Positions 9,393 through 17,771 of a stretch of 27,985 nt of DNA are shown piece by piece. Within the stretch, counting starts at the first letter, position 1, and the number at the start of each line of letters is the position of its first letter. The notes under the pieces were generated by a model. It made no database searches, was not told the DNA's origin, and saw nothing but the letters and a program-made list of their open reading frames with translations. The position numbers and the translations under genes were made by a program. Source of the DNA: a virus (lineage: Duplodnaviria; Heunggongvirae; Uroviricota; Caudoviricetes); IMG/VR virus record IMGVR_UViG_2609459774_000007, positions 1 to 27,985 of that record, one strand, 5' to 3'.

Positions 9393-10025
9393 ATGAGTTT
9401 AATAAAGGCGGGAAATGATAGTGGTGGGCGCGATGCAATTAACAGGCTTATTAAGGCTTACAACTTCAGCTCACGACAGCAGCTCTGCGAACATCTGGAA
9501 GTATCAAAAAGCACTATGGCTAACAGATACTTAAGGGATAGCTTTCCTGCCGAATGGGTAATTCAATGTGCCCTTGAAACAGGAGCTTCCCTTCTATGGC
9601 TGGCTACTGGTCAAGGAGATATGTATGCGTGTGAGAACGAAGAAACAAATCTCAAAAATGAACCTCCTGTCACTGTAAGACCACTTTCTAAGATCGTTGC
9701 TCCTAGCATCAAACGTGTTGAACTGAAGAACGGCGAACTGCAGCCAAGTGATGAAATTCTTCTTGATAGCAGCCTGCTCGATGGTGACTCATCCAACGCT
9801 TTATTTGTTAAAACAGCTAATAATAGCTTTGTAGTGGATACGTCCGTTAAACAAGTCAGTAATGGCTTCTGGTTAGTCGATATGGACGGAGTTAAAAGCA
9901 TCGTTAAAATTGCGCGCATACCCGGAAACAAAATAGTAGTTAACCAAGATGACACTTCATTTGAATGTTCTGTAGATGATGTGGAAGTCGTAGGACGTGC
10001 AGTCAAAGTAATCAAGAACCTCTAA
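9393..10025 (+). CDS. cI: 186-type CI-like immunity repressor
   Basis: About 210 aa with an N-terminal HTH (VSKSTMANRYLRD...) and a C-terminal oligomerisation-like region; immediately upstream of int as in 186-type prophages. The track ORF starts at a TTG (9387); ATG at 9393 has AGAGG 7 nt upstream. Confidence 0.75.
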   Translation: MSLIKAGNDSGGRDAINRLIKAYNFSSRQQLCEHLEVSKSTMANRYLRDSFPAEWVIQCALETGASLLWLATGQGDMYACENEETNLKNEPPVTVRPLSKIVAPSIKRVELKNGELQPSDEILLDSSLLDGDSSNALFVKTANNSFVVDTSVKQVSNGFWLVDMDGVKSIVKIARIPGNKIVVNQDDTSFECSVDDVEVVGRAVKVIKNL

Positions 10026-10028
10026 CTT

Positions 10029-11048
10029 ATGACCATCAGAAAACAGCCGAACGGAAAATGGTTGTGTGAGTGCTATCCCAATGGACGCAATGGTAAGCGC
10101 GTGCGTAAGCAATTTGCTACCAAAGGCGAAGCCATTGCGTTTGAAAGCTTCACAATGGAAGAAGTGAACAAAAAACCGTGGTTAGGAGAAAAGGATGATC
10201 GGCGACACCTATCAGAATTAATTGAGCTTTGGTATTCCCTGTATGGTCAGACACTCGCAGACCCCAAGCGCCTCATGGCGAAACTTAGAATTATCTGTAA
10301 TGGTCTAGGCGACCCCATCGCCTCAGAACTGACAGCCGGTGACTTTACGAAATACCGCGAAGCACGGTTAAAAGGTGAAGTACGAAATGAAGATGGGACG
10401 CTTATGTCGCCCGTTAAGCCCCGCACGGTAAACCTCGAACAGCGCAATCTATCATCGGTGTTCGGTACATTAAAAAAACTAGGACACTGGTCAGCACCAA
10501 ACCCGCTGGCAGGACTTCCAACCTTCAAAATTGCCGAAGGTGAGCTGGCTTTTCTTTCCATGGACGAAATCAAGCGCCTGTTGGCTGCATGTGCTGAATC
10601 TCAAAGCCCCAGCTTATTAATGATTGCCAAAATATGTTTGGCTACCGGCGCACGTTGGAGCGAAGCCGAAAACCTGCATGGCCACCAAATATCGAAATAC
10701 CGAATTACTTATATAAAGACAAAAGGTAAGAAAAACAGAACAGTACCGATATCACAGGAACTATATGACGAACTCCCCAAGCACAGAGGGAAGTTATTCA
10801 CGCCATGCAGAAAAGCCTTTGAGCGTGCAGTAAAGCGGGCCGGTATTGAACTTCCGGAGGGGCAATGCACCCATGTATTACGTCATACATTCGCCAGCCA
10901 TTTTATGATGAACGGCGGAAACATACTGGTACTACGCGATATTCTGGGCCATGTGGATATAAAAATGACGATGATTTATGCCCACTTTTCCCCTGACCAC
11001 CTAGAAGATGCGGTAACAAAAAACCCACTGTTTAATTTAAAATGGTAA
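10029..11048 (+). CDS. int: P2-type tyrosine integrase
   Basis: 339-aa ORF with clear similarity to P2 Int (PxGRNGKRxRxxF...; catalytic-region HxLRHTFASHFMMNGG...MxYAHF); transcribed toward the attR repeat. Confidence 0.9.
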   Translation: MTIRKQPNGKWLCECYPNGRNGKRVRKQFATKGEAIAFESFTMEEVNKKPWLGEKDDRRHLSELIELWYSLYGQTLADPKRLMAKLRIICNGLGDPIASELTAGDFTKYREARLKGEVRNEDGTLMSPVKPRTVNLEQRNLSSVFGTLKKLGHWSAPNPLAGLPTFKIAEGELAFLSMDEIKRLLAACAESQSPSLLMIAKICLATGARWSEAENLHGHQISKYRITYIKTKGKKNRTVPISQELYDELPKHRGKLFTPCRKAFERAVKRAGIELPEGQCTHVLRHTFASHFMMNGGNILVLRDILGHVDIKMTMIYAHFSPDHLEDAVTKNPLFNLKW

Positions 11049-12583
11049 ATTTAACGATGAAAAGATTGAAATCAGTTTCCGATGCAGTTATCCAACTCAG
11101 ATTAAATGCGGTAAAAGCAAGTATTCAAAGCGTCAATCCAAACGAGTTTATAACACATTGCCTTGATTATAACCTCCAGAAATTTAACAATCAGCTTGAA
11201 ATGTTACAACACCTACCATGGGTTGTGAATTTATGCATTAAATGGTCCGCCAGTGCGCTGGGTAAAAAACGGAAATTTAAACATATTGACAGACCTGGTG
11301 CTGTCAGGTTGCTACAACGAGCATATGAGGAACTAAGTATAATTCCAACTGGTCTGGAAAATATAGACAAAGGGATTAACTTTTTCCTTAGAAATACGTT
11401 ATATCAACAAGGTATTTATCAAAGATTAGATGCTTTAAATACAATTAGCAGACAAGTTTTCTTGTTTTCTTCCTTAGATGACAACAATAGAATCAAGCGT
11501 AGATTCAAAGAACTTACTGATGTTGATATAAACGATTTTCTAAAACTATCATTTGTGTTAGTATCACTCGTTACCTTACAAGCACCAGTAAAGAAAATAA
11601 CAATAGATTCTTTCGCAGCTCTTTACTCCGTAATACCTAAAGATACAATCGAGAAATTTCTGAATACTATATCTATCCCTTACGAAGAACTAGCTCGGTT
11701 TTGCTGTACAAAAGATAATGAGACACCTTTAGTAGAATATTATGCTCCATCGCCTTTCTTAGAAAAACCTTTCATCAAATTCGAAGGAAATTATCACCAA
11801 ATACATACGCAGCTAACTTCGACCAGTATACAAACCTTTATATATGATTTGCTTCGCAGAGATGATGCAGAATCGTTCATGGACAAATTTGGGCGAGTTT
11901 TCGAAAATGCAGTCAACCAGCTATTAGATGAAAGTGGAATTGCTTATATTGCTGAAGGAAATTTAAAAGAATATCTACCTCAAGAGAATAAAGTTGTAGA
12001 TTTTCTACTACCTCATGATGAAGCTAACATTTTCATCGATGCTAAAGGTGTTGAGATAAACCAAAAGGGAATGGTTACACTACGACCAGGGGATATTTCT
12101 GCCAATATAAAAAGCTCCGTATTAAAAACTATAGAACAAGCACACTCAGTAAATAGAGAGCTAATTAAAAAAGGTAACCAAAATTTTTCTTTTAAAAAAG
12201 AGTCCTACATTTTATGTCTTACTTATAAAAATTTATTCCTTGGAAATGGTACATTTCTAAATAAATCCTATGCTAACATCGAAATGAAAAAAATCCGAGA
12301 TAGGCATTCAGAAGAATATCAAATACCTGATGAGAACATTTTCTGCATATCATTTGAGGAATTCGAGTATCTGCTATCTTCTTGCAAGGAATACTCAAAA
12401 CCTGTACATGAGGTACTGCGAGAAGCTGTAGTTAGAAACCAAACACCATCAAGTGCAGTTTTCCTTTTTGCACATCATATCCGTGACTCATTCCCCAAAA
12501 TACGTTCATCTGAGATCGTCAGGCTCGCAGGCTTGAGCGAGATCAACCATATCGTTGAACGATTAGAGCAAGCTGGCTCTTGA
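11042..12583 (+). CDS. uncharacterised 513-aa cargo protein with a putative C-terminal PD-(D/E)xK nuclease core
   Basis: Long AT-rich ORF between int and attR, overlapping the int stop (alternative start ATG 11057). The C-terminal half has E...VVDFLLP...IFIDAKG, fitting the E/D/(D/E)xK arrangement of PD-(D/E)xK nucleases; the N-terminal ~270 aa have no recognised motifs. Confidence 0.6.
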   Translation: MVNLTMKRLKSVSDAVIQLRLNAVKASIQSVNPNEFITHCLDYNLQKFNNQLEMLQHLPWVVNLCIKWSASALGKKRKFKHIDRPGAVRLLQRAYEELSIIPTGLENIDKGINFFLRNTLYQQGIYQRLDALNTISRQVFLFSSLDDNNRIKRRFKELTDVDINDFLKLSFVLVSLVTLQAPVKKITIDSFAALYSVIPKDTIEKFLNTISIPYEELARFCCTKDNETPLVEYYAPSPFLEKPFIKFEGNYHQIHTQLTSTSIQTFIYDLLRRDDAESFMDKFGRVFENAVNQLLDESGIAYIAEGNLKEYLPQENKVVDFLLPHDEANIFIDAKGVEINQKGMVTLRPGDISANIKSSVLKTIEQAHSVNRELIKKGNQNFSFKKESYILCLTYKNLFLGNGTFLNKSYANIEMKKIRDRHSEEYQIPDENIFCISFEEFEYLLSSCKEYSKPVHEVLREAVVRNQTPSSAVFLFAHHIRDSFPKIRSSEIVRLAGLSEINHIVERLEQAGS

Positions 12584-12712
12584 TTGCACAATTGCAAATT
12601 GGCGACAAATTGGCGGCAGAGCATTAAAAATGCGTAAAATAAACAAACACCAAATAATACTAATATGCTGTTTTAAAACATAAATATATGTTTTTATCAT
12701 AATAATAATGGT

Positions 12713-12761
12713 ATGTAGGAATTTCGGACGCGGGTTCAACTCCCGCCAGCTCCACCAAATA
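12713..12761. repeat. attachment-site direct repeat, copy 2 (partial ssrA 3' end; attR of the P2-like element and attL-type junction of the P4-like island)
   Basis: Exact 49-bp repeat of 1016-1064; the sequence upstream of it is unrelated to ssrA, so this is only a partial ssrA copy. Confidence 0.85.
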
Positions 12762-12791
12762 TTGATGTACTGAAGTTCAGTAAAGTCTACT

Positions 12792-12826
12792 AAGCCCGCA
12801 CAGCACAAGCTCTGCGGGCTTTTTTA
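12792..12826 (+). terminator. Rho-independent terminator downstream of the second att copy
   Basis: GC-rich stem GCCCGCA/TGCGGGC with a ~12-nt loop, followed by TTTTTT. Confidence 0.55.
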
Positions 12827-12923
12827 CGTCTATTGTAGTCTAGTGAGAATTGCTGAGAACTACGAGTTATGGCACCCTGAATGGGACCCACGAAGATGGG
12901 TCCTAAAATCGAGGGTCCCAAAC

Positions 12924-14153
12924 ATGGCCAAAATCGCTAAGAAGCTCACTGACACTGAAATCAAAAGCACCAAACCTGCCGAAAAAGAGGTTAACCTTTT
13001 TGACGGCGATGGTTTGCTGTTGCGAATCGCTCCCCTGGCGAAGGGAGGGAAGAAAAATTGGTATTTCAGATATGCAGTGCCTGTGACCAAAAAGCGAACT
13101 AAGGTGAGCTTAGGAACCTATCCTCACCTTACACTTGCGAAGGCACGAGCTTTACGTGATGAATACTTGTCGTTGCTTACAAATGGTATAGACCCCCAAG
13201 TTCATAACAACCAAAAAGCCAATGCACTGAAAGATGCCACGGAACATACATTTCAAGCAGTAGCCAAGAAGTGGCTTGATGAGAAAGTCAAAACGTCAGG
13301 CATCTCCCAAGATCATGCTAACGACATCTGGCGAAGCCTAGAGAGAAATATCTTTTCCACATTGGGTGATACCCCAATTAAGGAGATTCGCCCTAAAATG
13401 CTTAAACAGCATTTAGAACCCATAGAAAAACGAGGTGTCCTTGAAACACTTCGCCGCATCATATCCCGCCTGAATGAAATTTTCCGCTATGCAGCAACAG
13501 AAGAACTCATAGAATTCAACCCGGCAGACAACCTGGGGCAACGGTTCAGCAAGCCAAAAAAACAGAATATGCCAGCATTACCCCCTTCCGAACTCCCTCG
13601 CTTCTTGGTTGCTCTAAACAATGCTTCTATCCGTTTGGAAACAAGGCTACTGATTGAGTGGCAACTTCTCACATGGGTTCGCCCAGGTGAAGCTGTTCGC
13701 ACAAGATGGTCAGATATTGATATTGAAACTGGCATGTGGAACATCCCGGCGGAGTTTATGAAAATGAAGAAGCCTCACAAAGTTCCACTGAGCAAAGAAG
13801 CTTTGCGAGTTTTGGATTTAATGAAAGTCATCAGCGGGCATAGAGAGTGGGTGTTCCCCAGTATCAAAGCTCCACTCAATCACATGCATGAACAAACAGC
13901 TAATGCGGCCATAATCCGTATGGGTTTCGGAGGTGAGCTTGTAGCTCACGGTATGCGATCCATTGCTAGAACGGCTGCTGAGGAGTCTGGCAAGTTTAGG
14001 ACTGATGTCTTAGAAGCCGCCCTTGCCCACTCGAAGAAAGATGAAATAATTGCAGCCTACAATCGTGCAGAGTATCTCACTGAACGGGTGGTTCTCATGC
14101 AATGGTGGAGTGACTATGTTTCGTCTCAAAAATGCAAAGTTATTGCCGCATAA
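12924..14153 (+). CDS. P4/IntA-family tyrosine integrase
   Basis: Strong similarity to E. coli CP4-57 IntA as I recall it (LTDTEIK..KP, DIWRSLER, LETLRR, PLS.EAL.(V/I)L, HG.RSIA.TA, LAH, AYNR.(E/D)YL..R...MQWW.D). The track ORF starts at 12843; the homology-supported start is ATG 12924 (MAKIAKKLTDTEIK). Confidence 0.9.
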   Translation: MAKIAKKLTDTEIKSTKPAEKEVNLFDGDGLLLRIAPLAKGGKKNWYFRYAVPVTKKRTKVSLGTYPHLTLAKARALRDEYLSLLTNGIDPQVHNNQKANALKDATEHTFQAVAKKWLDEKVKTSGISQDHANDIWRSLERNIFSTLGDTPIKEIRPKMLKQHLEPIEKRGVLETLRRIISRLNEIFRYAATEELIEFNPADNLGQRFSKPKKQNMPALPPSELPRFLVALNNASIRLETRLLIEWQLLTWVRPGEAVRTRWSDIDIETGMWNIPAEFMKMKKPHKVPLSKEALRVLDLMKVISGHREWVFPSIKAPLNHMHEQTANAAIIRMGFGGELVAHGMRSIARTAAEESGKFRTDVLEAALAHSKKDEIIAAYNRAEYLTERVVLMQWWSDYVSSQKCKVIAA

Positions 14154-14215
14154 CTCTCCCATGATGGATTAACTATCTTGATTTAGTTAAAGAATTAATA
14201 ATCACACCATTAACC

Positions 14216-14265
14216 TATGTGGACTAAGCATAGCCATTTACAAATGGGGACATTGAGTCCACATA
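14216..14265. repeat. 50-bp nested inverted repeat (candidate recombinase or ParB binding/crossover site)
   Basis: Outer 10-bp arms TATGTGGACT / AGTCCACATA flank a 30-bp spacer that itself contains CCATTT-AC-AAATGG (6-bp arms around a non-palindromic AC centre); between intA and the serine recombinase gene. Confidence 0.5.
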
Positions 14266-14435
14266 ACGAAAGCTGTCGGTCATATCAGCTAAATAATTCA
14301 CATCTCTTCTCGATTATCATACACCTCGAAGATCTACCAAATTCGCTCTAATCAATGATAAAACAGTTGAATTCGGTTGAAATTTGATCAATTTTATCCA
14401 CTACATTGTATTGAATCATCCATGAGGTTTCGTGC

Positions 14436-15992
14436 ATGGCTAGCGAAAATGACAAAAATCATAGAGTTAGGGTCGCGCAGTACTTGAGGATGTCTACCGA
14501 CCATCAGCAATATTCTTTACATAATCAGTCCGAATATATCAAAGATTATGCTGAAAAGAACAATATGGAAATCGCTTATACCTACGATGATGCAGGTAAG
14601 AGCGGAGTCAGTATCGTAGGCAGGCATTCTTTGCAGCAGTTACTTAGCGATGTAGAACAAAAGAAAATAGATATACAGGCTGTATTATTTTATGATGTGA
14701 GCCGTTTTGGTCGTTTTCAAAATAGTGATGAAGCGGCATATTATTCCTTTCTATTTGAGAGAAATGGTGTAGATCTTATATATTGTTCCGAACCTATACC
14801 CACTAAAGATTTCCCTTTAGAGTCCTCTGTTATACTGAATATAAAAAGATCTAGTGCTGCATATCACAGCAGGAATCTATCTGAAAAGGTATTTATAGGG
14901 CAAGTAAATTTAATAAAGCTTGGTTATCATCAAGGCGGTATGGCTGGTTATGGGCTGAGACGTCTTTTAGTAGACGAAAATGGCATAGCTAAAGAAATAT
15001 TGAGTTTCCGCAAAAGAAAGAGTATTCAAACAGATAGGGTAATATTAATTCCGGGACCAAAAAATGAAATAAAAATTGTAAATAGAATATATGATCTCTT
15101 TATAGATAATAACGTCCCAGAATTCATTATTGCTGAGAGATTAAATGAACAGAACATACCTGCAGAAAATGGAACATTATGGACTCGTGCAAAAATACAT
15201 CAAATTTTGACAAATGAAAAATATATTGGAAACAACATATATAACAAAACCTCATCTAAATTAAAAAGTAGGCTTGTAAAAAACCCCAAACATGAATGGG
15301 TTAGATGTGACAAGGCATATAAACCTATTATTTCAAAGAAAAAATACAATAAAGCTCAAGAAATAATTCAGCTCCGATCCATTCATTTGACTAATGAAGA
15401 TCTATTAGAAAAACTAAAACAAAAATTAGAATCTAATGGAAAACTATCAGGCTTTATCATTGATGAAGATGATACAGGCCCTTCATCTTCTGTTTATAGA
15501 ACCCGATTTGGTGGTCTTTTAAGAGCATATACTTTGATTGGTTATAAGCCAGAACATGATTACAGCTATCTCAAAATAAATGAAGCACTAAGATCATTTT
15601 ACTCAGAGATAATTGAGGATTTTAAGGGTGAAATTTTAAAAAGTAACTGTCATATAGACGAGTATAAATATGCCCCAATGCTTTACATCAATGATGAGTT
15701 TTTAATTTCCGTCCTTGTTACTAAATGCATACATATGAAATCAGGTAAACTTAGATGGAAAGTCCGGTTTGATAACTCACAGAAAGCAGACATAACAATT
15801 GTTATACGAATGAATTCACAAAATATTTCACCTCTTGATTTTTATATCATACCAAAGATTGAAAACGAATATAATAAAATGTGCATGACGGAAACAAACA
15901 ACATTCGATTAGATCTCTATAGATTTGATAATCTTGATAAACTTCTACAAATTATTACTCGCATGAAAGTGAGGGAACTATATGCTGCCTGA
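14436..15992 (+). CDS. large serine recombinase (resolvase/invertase catalytic domain plus recombinase domain)
   Basis: 518-aa AT-rich ORF; the N-terminus has the serine-recombinase catalytic pattern (YLRMSTDHQQYSLHNQ ... YDDAGKSG ... DVSRFGR); RBS GAGG upstream. Confidence 0.85.
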   Translation: MASENDKNHRVRVAQYLRMSTDHQQYSLHNQSEYIKDYAEKNNMEIAYTYDDAGKSGVSIVGRHSLQQLLSDVEQKKIDIQAVLFYDVSRFGRFQNSDEAAYYSFLFERNGVDLIYCSEPIPTKDFPLESSVILNIKRSSAAYHSRNLSEKVFIGQVNLIKLGYHQGGMAGYGLRRLLVDENGIAKEILSFRKRKSIQTDRVILIPGPKNEIKIVNRIYDLFIDNNVPEFIIAERLNEQNIPAENGTLWTRAKIHQILTNEKYIGNNIYNKTSSKLKSRLVKNPKHEWVRCDKAYKPIISKKKYNKAQEIIQLRSIHLTNEDLLEKLKQKLESNGKLSGFIIDEDDTGPSSSVYRTRFGGLLRAYTLIGYKPEHDYSYLKINEALRSFYSEIIEDFKGEILKSNCHIDEYKYAPMLYINDEFLISVLVTKCIHMKSGKLRWKVRFDNSQKADITIVIRMNSQNISPLDFYIIPKIENEYNKMCMTETNNIRLDLYRFDNLDKLLQIITRMKVRELYAA

Positions 15993-16878
15993 AAAAAATG
16001 AATTCCCAATAATTCAAATTGAGATTGCAAAAATAAAATTTCTTAACCCACGAACAAGAAATAAGGTAGTGCATGAAGAAATAAAGGAAAGCATAAAAAA
16101 AAGAGGATTAAGCAAGCCAATAAGCGTAAGAGCTATTGATGAAGGCGATTTCAAATATGCTTTAATTTGTGGTCAAGGGAGAATAGAGGCTCTCGTTGCA
16201 TTAGGTGAAACTATTATTCCAGCAATTATAAGAGATGTATCAGAAGAAGATGCTTACGTTATGAGTTTAGTTGAAAACATTGCAAGGAGAAGGCCACGTT
16301 CTAATGAGTTATTACAGGTGATTAAAGACATGAAAATCAGAGGACTTTCAGACTCCGAAATAAGTGAGATTACTGGATATTCATCGAACTGGGTGAGCAG
16401 TATTAATATGCTACTTGATAAGGGAGAGCATAAACTTCTCTCAGCAGTCGAACGGGGTAATTTGCCTCTGTATCTCGCAGTGCAATTTGCAAGATGTGAA
16501 ACTGAGGAAGCACAAGATATTCTTACCGAAGCATATGATAAAAAATTAATAAAAAGTCGGGACATTATAAAGATAAAACACATTCTAAATCAAAGAACAG
16601 TTGGGAATAAAGGTGCAAAAGCAGCCGGATTTTATTATCACAAACCATCAAAAAGGATGACTGCAGAGGAGTTGATTGAGCTTTATGAAAATAGTATCGC
16701 TGAACATAAATCTGTTTATAACAACTCAAAATTCATAAAAACCAACCTACTAATAGTAAATGAGATTTTTAACATCATAATGATGAATAAAAGCTTTCAA
16801 CATATACTTGAACAAGAGAATCTTTCAGAACTACCATCTCAGATATTAACCCCAGTAAACAAAGAGGTATTAAAATGA
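15982..16878 (+). CDS. ParB/Srx-fold protein with HTH (ParB-like, paralogue 1)
   Basis: 298 aa; N-terminal ParB-like region (IQIEIAKIKFLNPR ... ISVRAIDEGDFKYALICGQGRIEAL ... IPAIIRDVSEEDAYVMSLVENIARR) followed by an HTH-like segment; start overlaps the recombinase stop. Confidence 0.7.
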   Translation: MLPEKNEFPIIQIEIAKIKFLNPRTRNKVVHEEIKESIKKRGLSKPISVRAIDEGDFKYALICGQGRIEALVALGETIIPAIIRDVSEEDAYVMSLVENIARRRPRSNELLQVIKDMKIRGLSDSEISEITGYSSNWVSSINMLLDKGEHKLLSAVERGNLPLYLAVQFARCETEEAQDILTEAYDKKLIKSRDIIKIKHILNQRTVGNKGAKAAGFYYHKPSKRMTAEELIELYENSIAEHKSVYNNSKFIKTNLLIVNEIFNIIMMNKSFQHILEQENLSELPSQILTPVNKEVLK

Positions 16879-17771
16879 TTCAGATACGTTTTGGCGATAA
16901 TTTTATTTACCTGGAAACTAATAAGTTAATTCCATCTAAGGAATTATTAGAAAACGTAAAGCGAAGCCATAAATATCATCAAATAGTTACCTCTATCGAA
17001 AGCTTAGGTATTATTGAACCAATAATAGTATTCTATGACAAAGATAAAGATGTCACTAAGATACTTGATGGCCATTTAAGGGTTGAGGCTTTAAAAGACT
17101 TAGGTATAGAAAAAGCTCCATGTATACTTTCGAGCATAGATGATGCTTTCACTCCTAACAAACAAGTGAATCATATAAATGTAGTTGAAGAACATAGAAT
17201 GATAATTAAGTCTCTGGCAAAAGTATCAATTGAAAAACTTAGTGCTGCTTTGGGCATATCTGTTGATGCCATAAAAGATAAAGCGAATGTGATGAACGGC
17301 ATAGATCCAAGTGTAATTGCGAAACTTTCTGATAAACCTATACCTAAGGCTACATTTGACGTTTTGAGGAAAATGAAGCCAATTCGCCAAATTGAAGCAG
17401 TCGGTACAATGATTAATTTTGATAATTATAGTAAAAAATTTGCAATGAGCATCTTGGATGCAACACCGGCATCGATGATAGTAAATAAAGGGAAAAACAC
17501 TCCCTATAAAAAGGACATAAAAAAAACCATACTTCGTCTGGAACAAGAAATGGCAACAACTTCGGAAGAAACGAAAAAGCTTCAAACCGAGTATGGTTCA
17601 GATATGTTGAAATTCGTTATAATCCAGTCATATATTAATAAATTACTTGGCAATTCTAAAGTTCTTCATTGGTTCTTAGAAAACGAGGTTGATTATCTTA
17701 ATGAGTTAAAAAGAATTTCTAGAATAAATTCTTTGGATGATAAGACTCTTACTGAAAACAGCAAGTCATAG
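16875..17771 (+). CDS. ParB/Srx-fold protein with HTH (ParB-like, paralogue 2)
   Basis: 298 aa; ParB-like N-terminal region with a DGHxR-type motif (ILDGHLRVEAL) and an HTH-like segment (LSAALGISVDAIKD); start overlaps the stop of the preceding ParB-like gene by 4 nt. Confidence 0.65.
   Translation: MIQIRFGDNFIYLETNKLIPSKELLENVKRSHKYHQIVTSIESLGIIEPIIVFYDKDKDVTKILDGHLRVEALKDLGIEKAPCILSSIDDAFTPNKQVNHINVVEEHRMIIKSLAKVSIEKLSAALGISVDAIKDKANVMNGIDPSVIAKLSDKPIPKATFDVLRKMKPIRQIEAVGTMINFDNYSKKFAMSILDATPASMIVNKGKNTPYKKDIKKTILRLEQEMATTSEETKKLQTEYGSDMLKFVIIQSYINKLLGNSKVLHWFLENEVDYLNELKRISRINSLDDKTLTENSKS

Larger units (their letters stand above)
1061..12761. mobile_element. degraded P2/186/Fels-2-like prophage integrated into the 3' end of ssrA
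   Basis: Bounded by the 49-bp ssrA repeats; gene order attL-cargo-ogr-D-U'-N'-A-dam-(early genes)-cII-apl-cI-int-cargo-attR mirrors a 186-type prophage map with large internal deletions. Confidence 0.8.

Noticed and set aside
9611-10573. Minus-strand ORFs 9611-10015 (134 aa) and 10247-10573 (108 aa)
   Set aside because: Antisense to the cI-like repressor and the integrase, both of which have strong homology support.
12563-12808. 81-aa minus-strand ORF spanning the att repeat
   Set aside because: Overlaps the ssrA-derived repeat and terminator; the coding appearance is incidental to the structured RNA sequence.
12843-12923. 5' extension of the intA-like ORF (track start at 12843)
   Set aside because: The first 27 codons have no integrase homology; IntA-family proteins begin near the MAK...LTDTEIK motif, so ATG 12924 is the more likely start.
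16254-17585. Minus-strand ORFs 16254-16583 and 17226-17585
   Set aside because: Antisense to the ParB-like genes in a very AT-rich region where spurious ORFs are common.
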